Positions 11,961-24,305 of a DNA stretch of 64,000 bases are shown piece after piece. The position numbers were made by a program, and so were the translations under genes. Below the pieces are notes generated by a model. The model was given only the letters and a program-made list of their open reading frames with translations, was not told where the DNA came from and did not search any database. The DNA lies in the NCBI GenBank assembly GCA_052327205.1, contig CM126209.1:46004001-46068000 (forward strand), given 5' to 3'. Positions within the stretch are counted from its first letter, which is position 1. Every line of letters starts with the position of its first letter. This stretch comes from Somniosus microcephalus. Lineage: Eukaryota.

Positions 11961-14245
11961 TACCAGAAACCAAAAACAAAGTGAAACCATCAGTGAGTAC
12001 ATTGTAGCTTTTAAAAACCTGTCTTTGCATTGTAACTTCGGCACATTTTTGGATCGTGCGTTGCGAGATAAGTTTGTGTGTGGACTGGTGGATGAGCACA
12101 CAGTCCAAGTTACTGAACACTCCGAACCTAACGTTTGACATAGCATGCAAAATTGCCCTATCTATGGAGATGGCGTCTAAGAATGCTAGGGAGCTCCGTC
12201 CAACTCAAGTGACTAGTGCAGCTGAGGTCTACAGTCGTAAAGCCACCGCCAAACCTAAAGCTGTGAGACCAAGTCAAAGCATGTCGGTGCAAGCAGTTCA
12301 GTGAATTGTTATCGCTGCAATGGAAATCACTCACCACAGACCTGCCAATACAAAAATGCAAAGTGTTTTCACTGCCAGAAGCAAGGCCGTATTTCATAAG
12401 AACATAAGAGATAGGAGCAGGAGTAGGCCATTTGGCCCCTCGTGTCAGCTCCGCCATTTAATAAGATCATGGCTGATCTTCTACCTCAACTCCACTTTCC
12501 TGCACTATCCCCATATCCCTTGATTCCATTAATATCCAAAAATCTATCGAGCTCTATCTTGAATATACTCAATGACTGAGCATCCATAGCCCTCTGGGGT
12601 AGAGAATTCCAAAGATTCACCACCCTCTGAGTGAAGAAATTTCTCCTCATCTCAGTCCTAAATGGCCGACCCCTTATTCTGAGACTGTGACCCCTGGTTC
12701 TAAACTCCCCAGCCAGGGGAAACATCCTCCCTGCATCTACCCTGTCAAGCCCTGTAAGAATGTTGTATGTTTCAATGAGATCACCTCTCATTCTTCTAAA
12801 CTCTAGAGAATATAGGCCTAGTCTACGCAATCTCTCCTCATAGGACAATCCCCCCATCCCAGGAACCAGTCTGGTGAACCTTCGTTGCACTCCCTCTATG
12901 GCAAGTATATCCTTCCTTAGGTAAGGAGACCAAAACTGTCCACAATACTCCAGGTGTGGTCTCACCAGGGCCCTATATAATTACAGTAAGACGTCTTTAC
13001 TCTTATACGCAAATCCTCTTGTAATAAAGGCCAACATACCATTTGCTTTCCTAATTGCTTGTTGTACCTGCATGTTAACTTTCAGTGATTCATGTGCAAG
13101 GACACCCAGGTCCCTCTGAACATCAACATTTCCCAATCTCTCACCATTTAAAAAAATACTCTGCTTTTCTATTTTTCCCACCAAAGTGGATAACTTCATA
13201 TTTCTTCACATTATATTCCATTTGCCATTTTCTTGCCCACTGTTGCCTGTCTATCTTCCAGGATACGATGGATAAGATTTTCCAAGGAGTTCCAAATTTC
13301 TTATGCAATCAAGACGATGTGCTGATCGCAACAAGCAGCGAAGAAGAAAACCTAGAAGTGTTAGATTTAGTGCTTCAAAGGTTGAATGCTCATAATGCAA
13401 AATTGAAAAGGAGCAAATGTGCTTTTGTGCAGCCCGGGGTTGTGTACCTTGGTCTGAAAGTTGATGCAACTGGTTAAGGAAAAGATTGATGCTGTCATCA
13501 ATGCTCCAAAGCCACAGAACGTGTCTGAGTTAAGATCTTTCCTTGGAATGGTCCAGTACTACGCATGTTTCTTACCTGAGTTAGTGACCATGTTAGCTCC
13601 ATTGCACGAGCTCCTCAAGAAAGATGTCCAGTGGAAGTGGACAAAAGCACAACAGGAAGCTTACGATGCTTCTAAGCGAAGTCTCTAGCAATGCTCTACT
13701 TGTGCACTACGACACAGAGTGTGAGCTTAAGTTAGCATGTGATGCTTCTAGCTACGGTGTGGGAGCTGTCATAAGTCACGTAATGGATGATGGCCAAGAG
13801 AAACCAATCGTGTTCGCATCGCGAACCCTCACAAAGAACAAAAATTATAACTACGTACAAATTGAAAAGGAAGCACTCGCCATAATGTTTGGAATCAAGA
13901 AATTCCAACAGTTCCTGATCGGCAGAAAGTTTACCCTGATAACCGATCACAAACCGCTCCTAGCAATATTGGGGCCCAAATTTGCCATCCCTGCAATGGC
14001 CGCATCAAGAATGCAACGTTGGACAGTGTTGTTGTCACAATATGACTACACGATTGAATATCGCACTTCAAAGCAAAACTCAATCGCAGATGCCTTGTCC
14101 AGGTTGCCACACAAGAACTCGAGTTGGGAGTGAAGGTGAGATTTTCACACTAGGTGCAGTTGACAAAGACTTTCCCGTGAATGCAACTGATTTTGCTGAT
14201 GAGACTCAAAAGGACTCCGTACTGAAAAGAGTGTATGAAAACACC
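11961..14245 (+). pseudogene. Second, deleted Mag-like Gypsy fragment (gag 11961-12394; RT/RNase H 13246-14245) interrupted by CR1
   Basis: Gag reads RNQKQSETISEYIV..LRDKFVCGL and CYRCNGNHSPQTC..CFHC. Pol reads IFQDTMDKIFQG..NQDDVLI, ELRSFLGMVQYY and ACDASSYGVGAV. It carries frameshifts and stops, and no protease or integrase is seen. Confidence 0.85.
12395..13241 (-). mobile_element. CR1 LINE 3' end (5'-truncated)
   Basis: ORF2 C-terminus RPHLEYC..RRMRGDLIETY..FFTQRVVNLWNSLP and a (TTCTTATG)n tail. Confidence 0.93.
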
Positions 14246-15084
14246 TGTGTCCTGTGTTTTAAGGTGTAAAATACATTAAGTAAATAAGGCTTGTTACATT
14301 GCAGGTCTGTAATTTGTAATTTGCGAGTGCCTCTTCTATCTTTCATAATGTAAGATATTTGTGACCGTCATGCAGTGTTCATATTTTACAGTTGTCCGTC
14401 ATTTGTGAGTATTCGAAGGACCAGATTTCACATTACGTAAGCGTACATTGAATTAAAATAGCTGTGTTAGAGTAGCTGAATCCTTGTACAGCAAATTGCT
14501 CAAAGTGCTTAATAAAGTTAGCTGGCTAATGTCCAGTAACAGTCAGCAGGAGACCATAATAATAAACAGGACACTGTATTCACAAAACAGTGTGTTACCA
14601 GAACACAATCGCTAATGTGTTTTACATACAAAGACCGATTGTACTGTAAGGAAATGGTGTGACAGTTGTTTACTTCACAAACTGGCTGTTCCTCTTTCTC
14701 ATACATACCTCAGCACAAATACGCTCACGCTGCACCACCACCTGAGATAGTCACATCACCATGATATTTTCCTATTTATTTCTTAAAAGACTTCCATTTT
14801 TTTTAATGTAGGCCATAAAGTAGTAGTGGTGAGCTATGAAGTGAACAGCATTTGAGGCAACTCTTCGTGCAATAAACATGTCTTTAAGAATTGGGTACTT
14901 TATCATTTCAATAAAAACAGGGTTTACCATGAAATCAATATCAAAAGGTAAACTGATTTTCTAAAGCACACAAAGGTCATAATCATTTCTAACTACCTTA
15001 TCTTAATTATTCACGAGAATAGATAGTTTCACTGGTCAGTGAGTAGGTAAATAGAGGGCACTAATTTAAAATAATAATAGTTTT

Positions 15085-16290
15085 GTTGCTGACTAATAAC
15101 CCAGAAGGTGTAACTACAAATCACACCATGGCAAGTTATGAAATTGAATTCAATAAATTTGGCAATTTATGGGCGAGCGTCTGGAAAAGTGATTGTCAAA
15201 TAACAACAGCTTGTGCCTTTCATGTAGAAAAACATCCCCTGGTGCTTCGCAGATGATAAGGAAAACAAATATTGAACCAAAGAAGGAGCGGTTAAGAGCA
15301 GTAAACAAAAGCTTGCTCAAAGAGGTGAGTTTTAAGGAGGGCCTTGGGACAAGTGGGAGATGGAGAGGTAGAGAGGTTTAAGGAGAGAATTCCAGAAAGT
15401 CATACCTAGGTGGCTGAACGCACTGCTGGTTATACAATTGCAAAATACTGTGGATGCTGGAAATCTGAAATAACAGAAAATGCTGGAAACACTCAGCAGG
15501 TCAGGCAGCATCAAGGAGAGAGAAACAATAAATGCTGGTAATACCTGGATAAAGGGGAATGTACAAGAAGCCAAAGCCAGGGAAATGGAGCATATGGGAG
15601 GGCAAGCTTGTAGGGCTGGAGGAGATTACAGAGATAGAAAGGGGTGAGGCTGTGGAGAGATTTTAAATCTGAAGTATTGGGGCACCAGGAGCCAATGTAG
15701 GTCAGTGCGTCAAGGGTGTGATGATGAGCATGACATGGTCTGGGATAGGAATGGGTAGCAAACTTTTGGGTGAGCTGAAGTTAATGGAGGATGGAGGATA
15801 GAAAGTCAGTCAGGAGAGCAGTGGAGTAATTGATTCTGGAGATGACAAAGGCAAGAATGAAGATTTCAGTGGCATATGGGCTGAGGTTAGGATGGAAGCA
15901 GATGATGATGATGATGATACAGAGGTGGGAGTAGGCTGTCGTTATGATGGAGAGGATATGAGACCAGAAGAACAGCTTATGGTTGAACAGGATGTTGAGG
16001 TGAAAAGTCTAGTTCAACATGGATCAGTGACCAGGGTGGGGGATGGAGTTGGTGATGAGGGTATCGAGTTGGAGGAAGGGGCCAAAAACAATTTTTAGCT
16101 AGAGGAACTTACAGCTCATCCAAGGCTGGATGTTGGATAAGCAGTGTGACAACACAGAGGCAGTGGGTGGGTCAAGAGGTGGAGTGTCATCAGTAGACAT
16201 GTGAAAGTTAACCCCACGGCTGCAGAATGTTGTAAAAATTCAACTGGTTCACTAATGTCCTGCCACCCCTACCTGGTCTGGCCTACACTT
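15085..16290. mobile_element. Nested cluster: SINE remnant (+; ~15085-15197, ~16215-16290) split by an old L2 fragment (-; ~15198-16215) that contains a Penelope-type terminus (~15438-15525)
   Basis: Pieces match the SINE at 16845-17302 (GGTTCACTAATGTCC), L2 bodies and the AAAATGCTGGAAACACTCAGCAGGTCAGGCAGCATC repeat. Confidence 0.55.
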
Positions 16291-17850
16291 GACTTTTTTA
16301 TTCATTCATGGGATGTGGGCATCGCTGGCAAGATCAACATTTATTGCCTATCCCTAATTGCCCTTGAGAAGGTGGTGAGCCGTCTTCTTGAACTGCTACA
16401 GTTCATGTGGTGAAGATACTCCCATAGTGCTGATGGGTAGAGAATTCCAGGATTTTAACCACTGACGAAGAAATATTTCAAGTTCAAGATGGTGTGTGAC
16501 TTGGAGGTGGTGGTGTTCCCATGCGCCTGCTGCCCTTGTCCTTCCAAGTGGTAGAGGTCGCTTGTTTGGGAGGTGCTGTCGAAGAAGCCTTGGCAAGTTG
16601 CTGCAGTGCATTTATAGAAGGAACACACTGCACCAGTGTTGGAGGGAGTGAATGTTTAAGGTGGTGGATGGGGTACCAATCAAGCAGGCTGCTTTGTCCT
16701 GAATGGTGTTGAGCTTCACTCATCCAGGCAAGTGACGAGTATTCCATCACACTCCTGACTTGTGCATTGTCATGGTGGAAAGGCTTTGGGGAGTCAGGAG
16801 GTGAGTCACTCACTGCAGAAGACCCAGCCTCTGACCTGCTCTTGTATTTTTTTTATTTATTTGTTCATGGGATGTGGGCGTCGCCAGCAAGGCCAGCATT
16901 TATTGCTCATCATCTGATTGCCCTTGAGAAGGTAGTTGTGAGCCACCTTCTTGAACCCCTGTTCTTTGTAGCAGTTTGGTATAACTGAATGGCTTGCTAG
17001 GCCACTTTGGACAGTCGTTAAGAGTCAACCACATTGCTGTGGGCCTGGAGTCACATATAGGCCAGACCAAGTAAGGACTGCAGATTTCTTTCCCTAAAGG
17101 ACATTAGTGAACTAGATGGGTTTTTACAACAATTTGGTAACTTCATGGTCACCATTACTAATACTAGCTTTCTAACTTAATAATTTTATTTAATTAACTG
17201 AATTTAAATTCTCCAGCCTCCTTGGTGGGATTTAAACTCATGTCTCCAGATCATAAGTCCAGGGTTTGGATTACTAGTCAAGTAACATAACCACTATGCT
17301 ACTGTTCCTTATATTTATGTGGCTGGTCCAGTTAAGTTTCTGGTCAATGGTGACCCCCAGAATGTTGATGGTGGAGGATTTGACAATGGTACTTGCCACT
17401 TATCAGCCCAAGCCTGAATGTTATCCAAATCTTGCTGTATGTGGGCACGGACTGCTTCATTATCTGAGGAGTTGCTGTATGTGGGCATGGACTGCTTCAT
17501 TATCTGAGGAGTTGCGAATGGAACTGAACACTGTGCAATCATTAGTGAACATCCCCACTTCTGACCTTACGATGGAAGGAATGTCATTGATGAAGCATCT
17601 GAAGATGGTTGGGCCTCGGACACTGTCCTGAGGAACTCCTGCAGCGATGTCCTGGGCTGAGATGATTGACCTCCAACAACCACTACCATCTTCCTTTGTG
17701 CTAGGTATGACTCCAGCCGGTGGAGAGTTTTCCCTCTGATTCCCATTTACTTCAGTTTTACTAGGGCTGCTTGATGCCACACTTGGTCAATTGCTGCCTT
17801 GATGTCGAGGGCAGACACTCTCACCTCACCTCTGGAATTCAGCTCTTTCC
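16291..17850 (-). mobile_element. CR1/L2-group LINE 3' portion (second LINE family)
   Basis: Fragments read [43 protein letters not shown] and VRSVMEYSSLAWMS. Same family as 23010-24305. Confidence 0.8.
16845..17302 (-). mobile_element. tRNA-headed SINE carrying the 3' tail of the host LINE family
   Basis: The minus strand starts GTAGCATAGTGGTTATGTTAC (A-box-like) and has GAGTTTAAATCCC (B-box-like). Its 3' end matches the LINE tail at 16291-16395. Confidence 0.7.
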
Positions 17851-17999
17851 TCCAGTTCCACACTATGTGGTTGTCTCTTAATACTGTCTGAAGGGTATTA
17901 GCAAGTCACTCAGTTGCTAAACAATTGCCACAGAAAAGAATCATAAGAGAAATATCAGATTGGCCTATAGGCAACAACCTAGGCATTGGAGCAGACAAT

Positions 18000-19885
18000 C
18001 CCAGCCCAAAGTCCACCTGACTAACATCTGGGGACTGGTGTCCAAGCTGGAACAATTGTCCTGCAAATATTCAAGCAAAAGCCGGTCACAGTCATATCTA
18101 TCAGCCAACATCCCAGTCTCTTCCATCACATCCCTGAATATGTCCTGTCCCACCAGAAGGATAGACCCACTAGAGGTGGAGGCACATAGATATACAGTCA
18201 GGTGGATGTGGCCGTCTGTGTCCTCCTTAACTCTGGACCCCATGAAGTCTCATGGCTTCAAGTCAAACAAGTCTATTGAAACCTCTTGTTAATCACTACC
18301 TGCGACCCTCCACCCCCAATCCTCAAATGATGAAACAGTACACCTCGATATTGAACATTATTTAAAGGAAGCTTTGAGGGAAGAAAGGGCACCAAATGTA
18401 CCCTGGGTGTGGGTCTTCATTATCCACCACAAAGACTGACCAGGAATACCACCACTGACCAAGCTGGCCGAGTCCTGAAGGACATAGCTGCCAGGCTTAG
18501 CTTGCATCAGATGGTGCGGGAACCAACATGAGGAAGTAACCTATTTAAACTAATTCTTACCAACCTATTTGTTGAAAACACATCTATCTACAGTAGAATT
18601 CATAGAAGTGACTACCACACAGTCCTTGTAACCCTCCTTCGTATAGTGTAGCATACCACTGTGCCAACTAAGACAGATCTAGTAGCCCAAAACTGGGCAT
18701 CTATTAGGCACTGCGGACCATCAGCAGCAGCAGAATTGGATACTATCACAATCTGTAACCTCATGGCCTGCCACATCATTCATTCATCCTTTAGTATAAA
18801 TCCTGGAGACCAACTCTGGTTCAAAGGCAAGTGTAGAAGGGTGTGCTCGGAGAAACACCAGGCAGGCTTTCGAGTGAGGCATTATCCTAGTGAAGTTATA
18901 GGCAGGCTTTCGAGTGAGGCATCATCCTAGTGAAGTTATAATACAGGGTACCTGAATGCTAAACACCAAATGCAGAAGGCTATCGTTAGAGCTAGGTAGT
19001 GCCACAATCAACAGATCAGAGCAAATCGCCACAGCCCCACCACATCCAGTCAAGAATAATGTTGCCAAGCACTAACCATCTCTTAACAGATTAAGGCCCA
19101 ATCATCTTCCCCCTGACATTTAATAGCATCACCGTTGCCAAGTTCCTGGAGATTACCACTGACCAGAAGCTTAACGGGGCCATTTCAACAACGTGGCTGC
19201 AAAAGCAGAGAATAGGGTGGGCATTCTACAATGAGTGGCTCGCCTTCTGACCCCCTCAAAACCTTTCCGCCATCTACAAGGCTCAAGTCAAGAGTGTGAT
19301 GAAGTATGCACCACTTGCTTGTATAGATACAGACACAACAACATTCAAGAGGCTTAGCCCCTGCAGGACAGAGCAGTCCTCTTGATTGGTATTACTGCTA
19401 CTGGACTTAGTATCCACCCTCTCCACTATGGTTGTACTTCCTACAAGATGGACTGCAGCTGGTGACCCAGCCTACTTTGACAGCACTTCCCAACCCCAAA
19501 ACCTCTACCATTAATCTTGGGAACAATATCACTTCCAAGCAATGCCCCCGTAAGCCGCGCTGCCTCCTGCCGGCCTGCCTCCCGCAATGCGTGGCCCATT
19601 CAAATTTTTGCACATGCGCAGTACCTACATTGTAAAGCGGCCTGTGTGGGACCTTGCAGATGACCGCGCAGCTTAGCATCGTGGCATTTCACACCATCCT
19701 GGCATTTCACCGTTACTTCATTATCATTAGATCAGTATCTTGGAAATCCTTACCCAACCCCCATCCTGGGAATATCATCAGCACGAGAACTGCAGTGGTT
19801 CAGGCAGGAGGGCCACTACCTCCTTCTCAGGGCAATAAGTATGGGAATAACTTTTCCAGCACCATTCACATCCTGAGAACAATAA
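18000..19885 (+). mobile_element. Degraded copy of the same CR1/L2-group LINE (endonuclease region to 3' tail), with a hAT-MITE remnant at ~19540-19677
   Basis: Matches the reverse complement of 16291-17850. The insert shares GCCCATTCAAAT and GCGCAGCTTA with the MITE at 3803-3964. Confidence 0.6.
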
Positions 19886-19889
19886 AAAA

Positions 19890-20155
19890 TGATTATCACC
19901 AAAAGAACAAAGGGAGTAGTTGGGAGAATTTGTTTATGCAGCAGATTGTTAGGACATGGAATGCCCTACCAGAAACAATGGTAGAAACACAATCCATAAT
20001 CGTTTTTAAAAGGGAAGCAGATAGATATTTGGAAAATAAACAGTTTAAAGGTATGGGGAAAGGTGAGGGAAATGGGATTAAATGGAAAGCTTTTTCGGGG
20101 AGCCGACGCAGGTGTGATATGTGGAATGTCTTCCTTCTGTGCTGAAAAATTCTAT
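19890..20155 (+). mobile_element. Old CR1 3' end
   Basis: Reads ENLFMQQIVRTWNALP..FKREADRYL, followed by a CR1-type 3' UTR. Confidence 0.65.
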
Positions 20156-20987
20156 GTTTTTATTATACGAAAATAAACTGTGCAACATTTTCGCCATCTT
20201 TCAAATACTCAATCACAGTAATTAAGCAAAACTCCAGAATGTTTATCCCTGTCTATAACTGAAGTGTTTTGAATAATTGACGTCTGATATGCAAAGCAAT
20301 AAAATGATAACAGACAAATTGATGTTTTGTCAGTTTTTAAAAATTAGGTGTCAGCTATGCATGGCAAAAATGATTGGATTGGGGCTTATATTTTTTTTAA
20401 AGTGTAAGTATTTGTGGTGTATAATAATCATATGTGTGATATGTTTATGCTACAGGAAGTGGTTGACAACTTGATTTGGTCCATTACTTTGGTAATAATC
20501 AGGACCCCACGTTGGAATTTCCCTCCCCTGGTATTTTTCCTTAGTTTTTATGCTCCAAGTTTACAACTTTCCTATTGGACAGGTATTGGAACTAATGTCT
20601 CATCTGTCTAATTCAAAGTGTCCTGAGTCCAAATAGTGCCAATTGACACCATCTTCTAATCTCCTTCAGTCTGCAGTCGGTCAATCCTCATGTATTTTAT
20701 ACCTTGCACACTTTACCTGCAGGTGACATATGAAAGGTGTGACTGTATGGGTGTTGCATAATCCCCATTGATCTCACATCCTTAATCAAATGGTTTTGCA
20801 GAAACTCTCCATGCAGTTCAGCAAATCTAGTGTGCACGGTGTGAAATGCATGGAAATTAACAAGGTGCAACTCAGTGAGAATTAGAAAATTGATGTCAAC
20901 TGGTTGATATCAACTGGTACCATTCAGAACACTAAGTACTGGTATTGGTTACCTGGTATTTAACACCTATCTGGCTAGTTGAAAGAT

Positions 20988-21170
20988 CAGAAAATGCTGG
21001 AAAAAATACAGCAGATCAGTCAGCATCTGTGGAGAGAACAGACAAGTTAACATTGTTGTAACATTATCTTCTTTTGTTCTCTCCACAGATGCTGATTGAC
21101 CTGCTGGGTGTTTCCACCAGTTTCTATTTTTGTTTCAGATTTCCAGCACCTGCAGTATTTTTTTTCTTTT
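20988..21170. repeat. Inverted pair of Penelope-type terminal repeats
   Basis: CAGCAGATCAGTCAGCATCTGTGGAGAGAAC is inverted as GTTCTCTCCACAGATGCTGATTGACCTGCTG. Same family as 62736-62882. Confidence 0.6.
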
Positions 21171-21899
21171 TACTAAGTGGAAAATCAGAAAAGACGTCTA
21201 GATGTTAAGTGGCAGTTATTGCTATAAACAGTTAAGCACCATATGGGAAAAGCTAACACAGTAAATTGCTTTAAAATGATTATTTTTCACTGCGTGTTGG
21301 CTTGTTTCTTGAAGGAAATGGTATGGCTCTGCACCTGGCTATCTGATGCCCACGAAAAAAGTTTGCTGGGGTCATTGCCAAGTAGGTATGCCAGAGCCTG
21401 CAAAAATGGTTGCTGGTATCTTGGCAGGTGTGGACAATTAAGATATGCTTCCTGTTGATCACCCTGGCATGACTGCTTTCATGCAGAGCCACTGAAAATA
21501 TGACATACTGTGTTTGGAATACTTCTCCAAGGAAGCAGCCAGCATTAGAATTAATAAGGCACTTACATGTCTTAGTGATGCTATCGTGTCTGCTGTCTCA
21601 GTTTTTTTGGGGAGGGGAGAGACGCTTCAGCACACACTAATCATTTGCCAAAGAGAGGCATGTTCACCTCTGTCTACTGATGTGCGTGTGCGGGTACCGG
21701 CAAGTAGGGATGTCTCTCATGCTGTCTGACCTGTCTAGCATCATTTTGCAGGTTCTCTCCTCCTTCCAAACATCTCATTGGGTGACCCATTTGTGCCAAT
21801 AATAGCGCTAGAGGAAATAAAATTAAACACATGGCACAAAGTCTCATGTAAATTCAAATTGCCAGCACAAACAATACCAAAAATGGTCACAAAATGAAG

Positions 21900-22650
21900 G
21901 AACAGCCACCGACTGGTGAGTGGGAGCGAGAAATAGGCTAGTGTCAGAGCGGCACAGGGTGCACAAACAGACCTATGGCTGGAGGAGTTTGTGGAGATAT
22001 GGAGGGTGATCCTATGCAGGGACTTGAAGGTGAAGATTAGGATCTTAAAATCAATTCTCAGGGTCAAAGGGAGCCAGTGGATCTTGGCAGGACAGGAATT
22101 GTGGAGATACTGGCCTTGGGTAAGAATGCAGGCACCTGCATTCTGGATAACTTGTAGCACATGGAGGGCAGAAGCTGGTAAAGAGATAATTGCAGAAATC
22201 CAGCCTCCATGGGATCAAGATGTAGATTAGGGTTTTAGGGGAAGAGGGAAAGATGGAGTGACAGAGGCAAGCAATGTTTTGTAAGTAAAAAAAGTGCTCT
22301 TGCAATTGGGTTTAATGTGTGGGAGGGAGCTGAGCTCAGGGTCAAGTAGTATGTCCTGGTACTGGACCTCAGGCCTTAAGTTATGGTGCAGCCAGGGAGA
22401 TGGATTACACTGAGACCAGAGACTCCAAGGTGGCTGCAAGAGCCAAGGATGATGATTTTTTTTACATTTAGTTGGAAAGAGTTTTGGTGCATCCAGGTCT
22501 TCATGTTAGTTATGCATTTGGAAGGATTGGCAATAGCCTTAGGATTAATGGAGTAGGCAGAGCTGATGGTCTTTGGTATACACGTGAAAGCTCATCCCAT
22601 GTCACCAAGGGGTAGCATGTAAATGATGAAGAGGGGGCCAAGGATGGAGT
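21900..22650 (-). mobile_element. Old L2 LINE fragment
   Basis: Reads LQVIQNAGACIL..IHWLPLTLRIDFKILIFTFKSLH, typical of the L2 ORF2 C-terminus. Confidence 0.7.
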
Positions 22651-23009
22651 GCTAAAGCATGCATGAAGTATCTGATTATTGACCAGCCAGTCTAACTTAT
22701 TGATGGAACATGGAGGGGTAGACCTGCCACTGGAGACAGGGATCCTTCTCACCAAGCTCCAGGTAATACTGCACACCATTACCCTAATGTGTTGGGTGAC
22801 CGTAACAGAAATCTTACCAGTGCTCTGTGCCAGTAAGCTGCAAGTTTTTAGCTGGTTTATTGGGAAGACCGAAGCCATTGTTTTCAGTCCCCGCCACAAA
22901 CTCCATTCCCTAGCCACTGACTCCATCCCTCGCCCTAACATCTGTCTGAGGCTGAACCACACTGTTCGCAACCTTGATGTCATATTTGATCCTGAAATGA
23001 GCATCCACC

Positions 23010-24305
23010 ACTTTTTTTTATTTGTTTTATGGGATCAGAGCATCGTTGACAATACCAGCATTTATTGCCCATCCCTAGTTGCCCTTGAGAAGGTGGCGGT
23101 GAGCCGCCTTCTTGAACCACTGCAGTCCGTGTGGTGAAGGTACTTCCACAGCGCTGTTAGGGAGGAAGTTCCAGGATTTTGACCCAGCGACGATGAAGGA
23201 TCGGCAATATACTTTGAAGTCAGGATGGTGTGTGACTTGGAGGGGAACTTGGAGGTGGTGGTGTTCCCATGCGCCTGCTGCCCTTGTCCTTCTAGGTGGA
23301 AGAGGTCGCGGGTTTGGGAGGTGCTGCCGAAGAAGCCTTGGCGAGTTGCTGCAGTGCATCTTGTAGATGGTACACACTGCAGCTACGGTACACCGGTGGT
23401 GGAGGGAGTGAATGTTTAAGGTAGTGAATGGGGTGCCAATCAAGCAGGCTGCTTTCTCCTGGATGGTGTCGAGCTTCTTGAGTGTTGTTGGAGCTGCACT
23501 CATCCAGGCAAGTGGAGAGTATTCCATCAATTCAATTCAATTCAATTCAATTTTATTTGCCATATGTAACTAGTACAATGGAATGCTTACTCCCCGTAGG
23601 GACACGTCAGCTATTCTTACAGCGCCATGTTCAGAAAGTCAATTCTTTGGCATCCAGTGGCAGTGGGAGCACGATGTCCCTCAGTCGCTCCATACTCCTT
23701 GTCACCGCTGCCTCCTCCTCACTGTTGCCGGCTCGGCTCCACATGTGGTGGCCTGCTTCTCCCGCTCACCCTCTGGCCACCATTCCTGGCTCCCCTCCTC
23801 CCAGTCGGACTGCGAGTCATCGTGGCTGCTGCTGCTGCTCGATGCGCTGCGCTGCCTCCGCCTGACTCGCCGAACACATCCTCCGGTTGCTGCGGCCTCC
23901 AACTCACCGTCGCCGGCTCCACGGTCCGACGGCCCGGGGCCTCCCCCATCACACTCCTTACTTGTGCCTTGTAGATGGTGGAAAGGCTTTGGGACGTCAG
24001 GAGGTGAGACACATGCCGCAGAATACCTAGCCTCTGACCTGCTCTTGTTGCCACAGTATTTATGTGGCTGGTCCAGTTAAGTTTCTGGTTAATGGTGACC
24101 CCCAGGATGTTGATAGTGTGAGATTTGGCGATGGTAATTTCAAGGGGAGGTGGTTAGACTCTCGCTTGTTGGAGATAGTCATTGCCTGGCACTTCTGTGG
24201 TGCGAATGTTACCTGCCACTTATCAGCCCAAGCCTGAACATCGTCCAGGTCTTGTTGCATGCGGGCATGGACTGCTTCATTATCTGTGGAGTTGTGAGTG
24301 GCGCT
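23010..24305 (-). mobile_element. CR1/L2-group LINE 3' part
   Basis: Reads [31 protein letters not shown] and MEYSPLAWMSAAPTTLKKLDTIQ, with an A-rich tail. Confidence 0.85.
23530..23945 (-). mobile_element. GC-rich non-autonomous retroposon with AATAAA + (ATTGA)n tail
   Basis: Splits the host LINE sequence TATTCCATCA|CACTCC with a CCATCA duplication (23524-23529, 23946-23951). The tail reads (TTCAA)n on the + strand. Confidence 0.7.

Noticed and set aside
14245-14760. Possible LTR of the second Gypsy
   Set aside because: No matching second LTR, PPT or TSD could be identified.
15892-16098. Acidic ORF MEADDDDDD
   Set aside because: A (GAT)n microsatellite inside an antisense L2 fragment.
17432-18940. 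40-bp tandem duplications at ~17432-17514 and ~18860-18940, and a 16-bp one near 1010-1046
   Set aside because: Ordinary slippage duplications, mostly in dead LINEs, with no sign of function.
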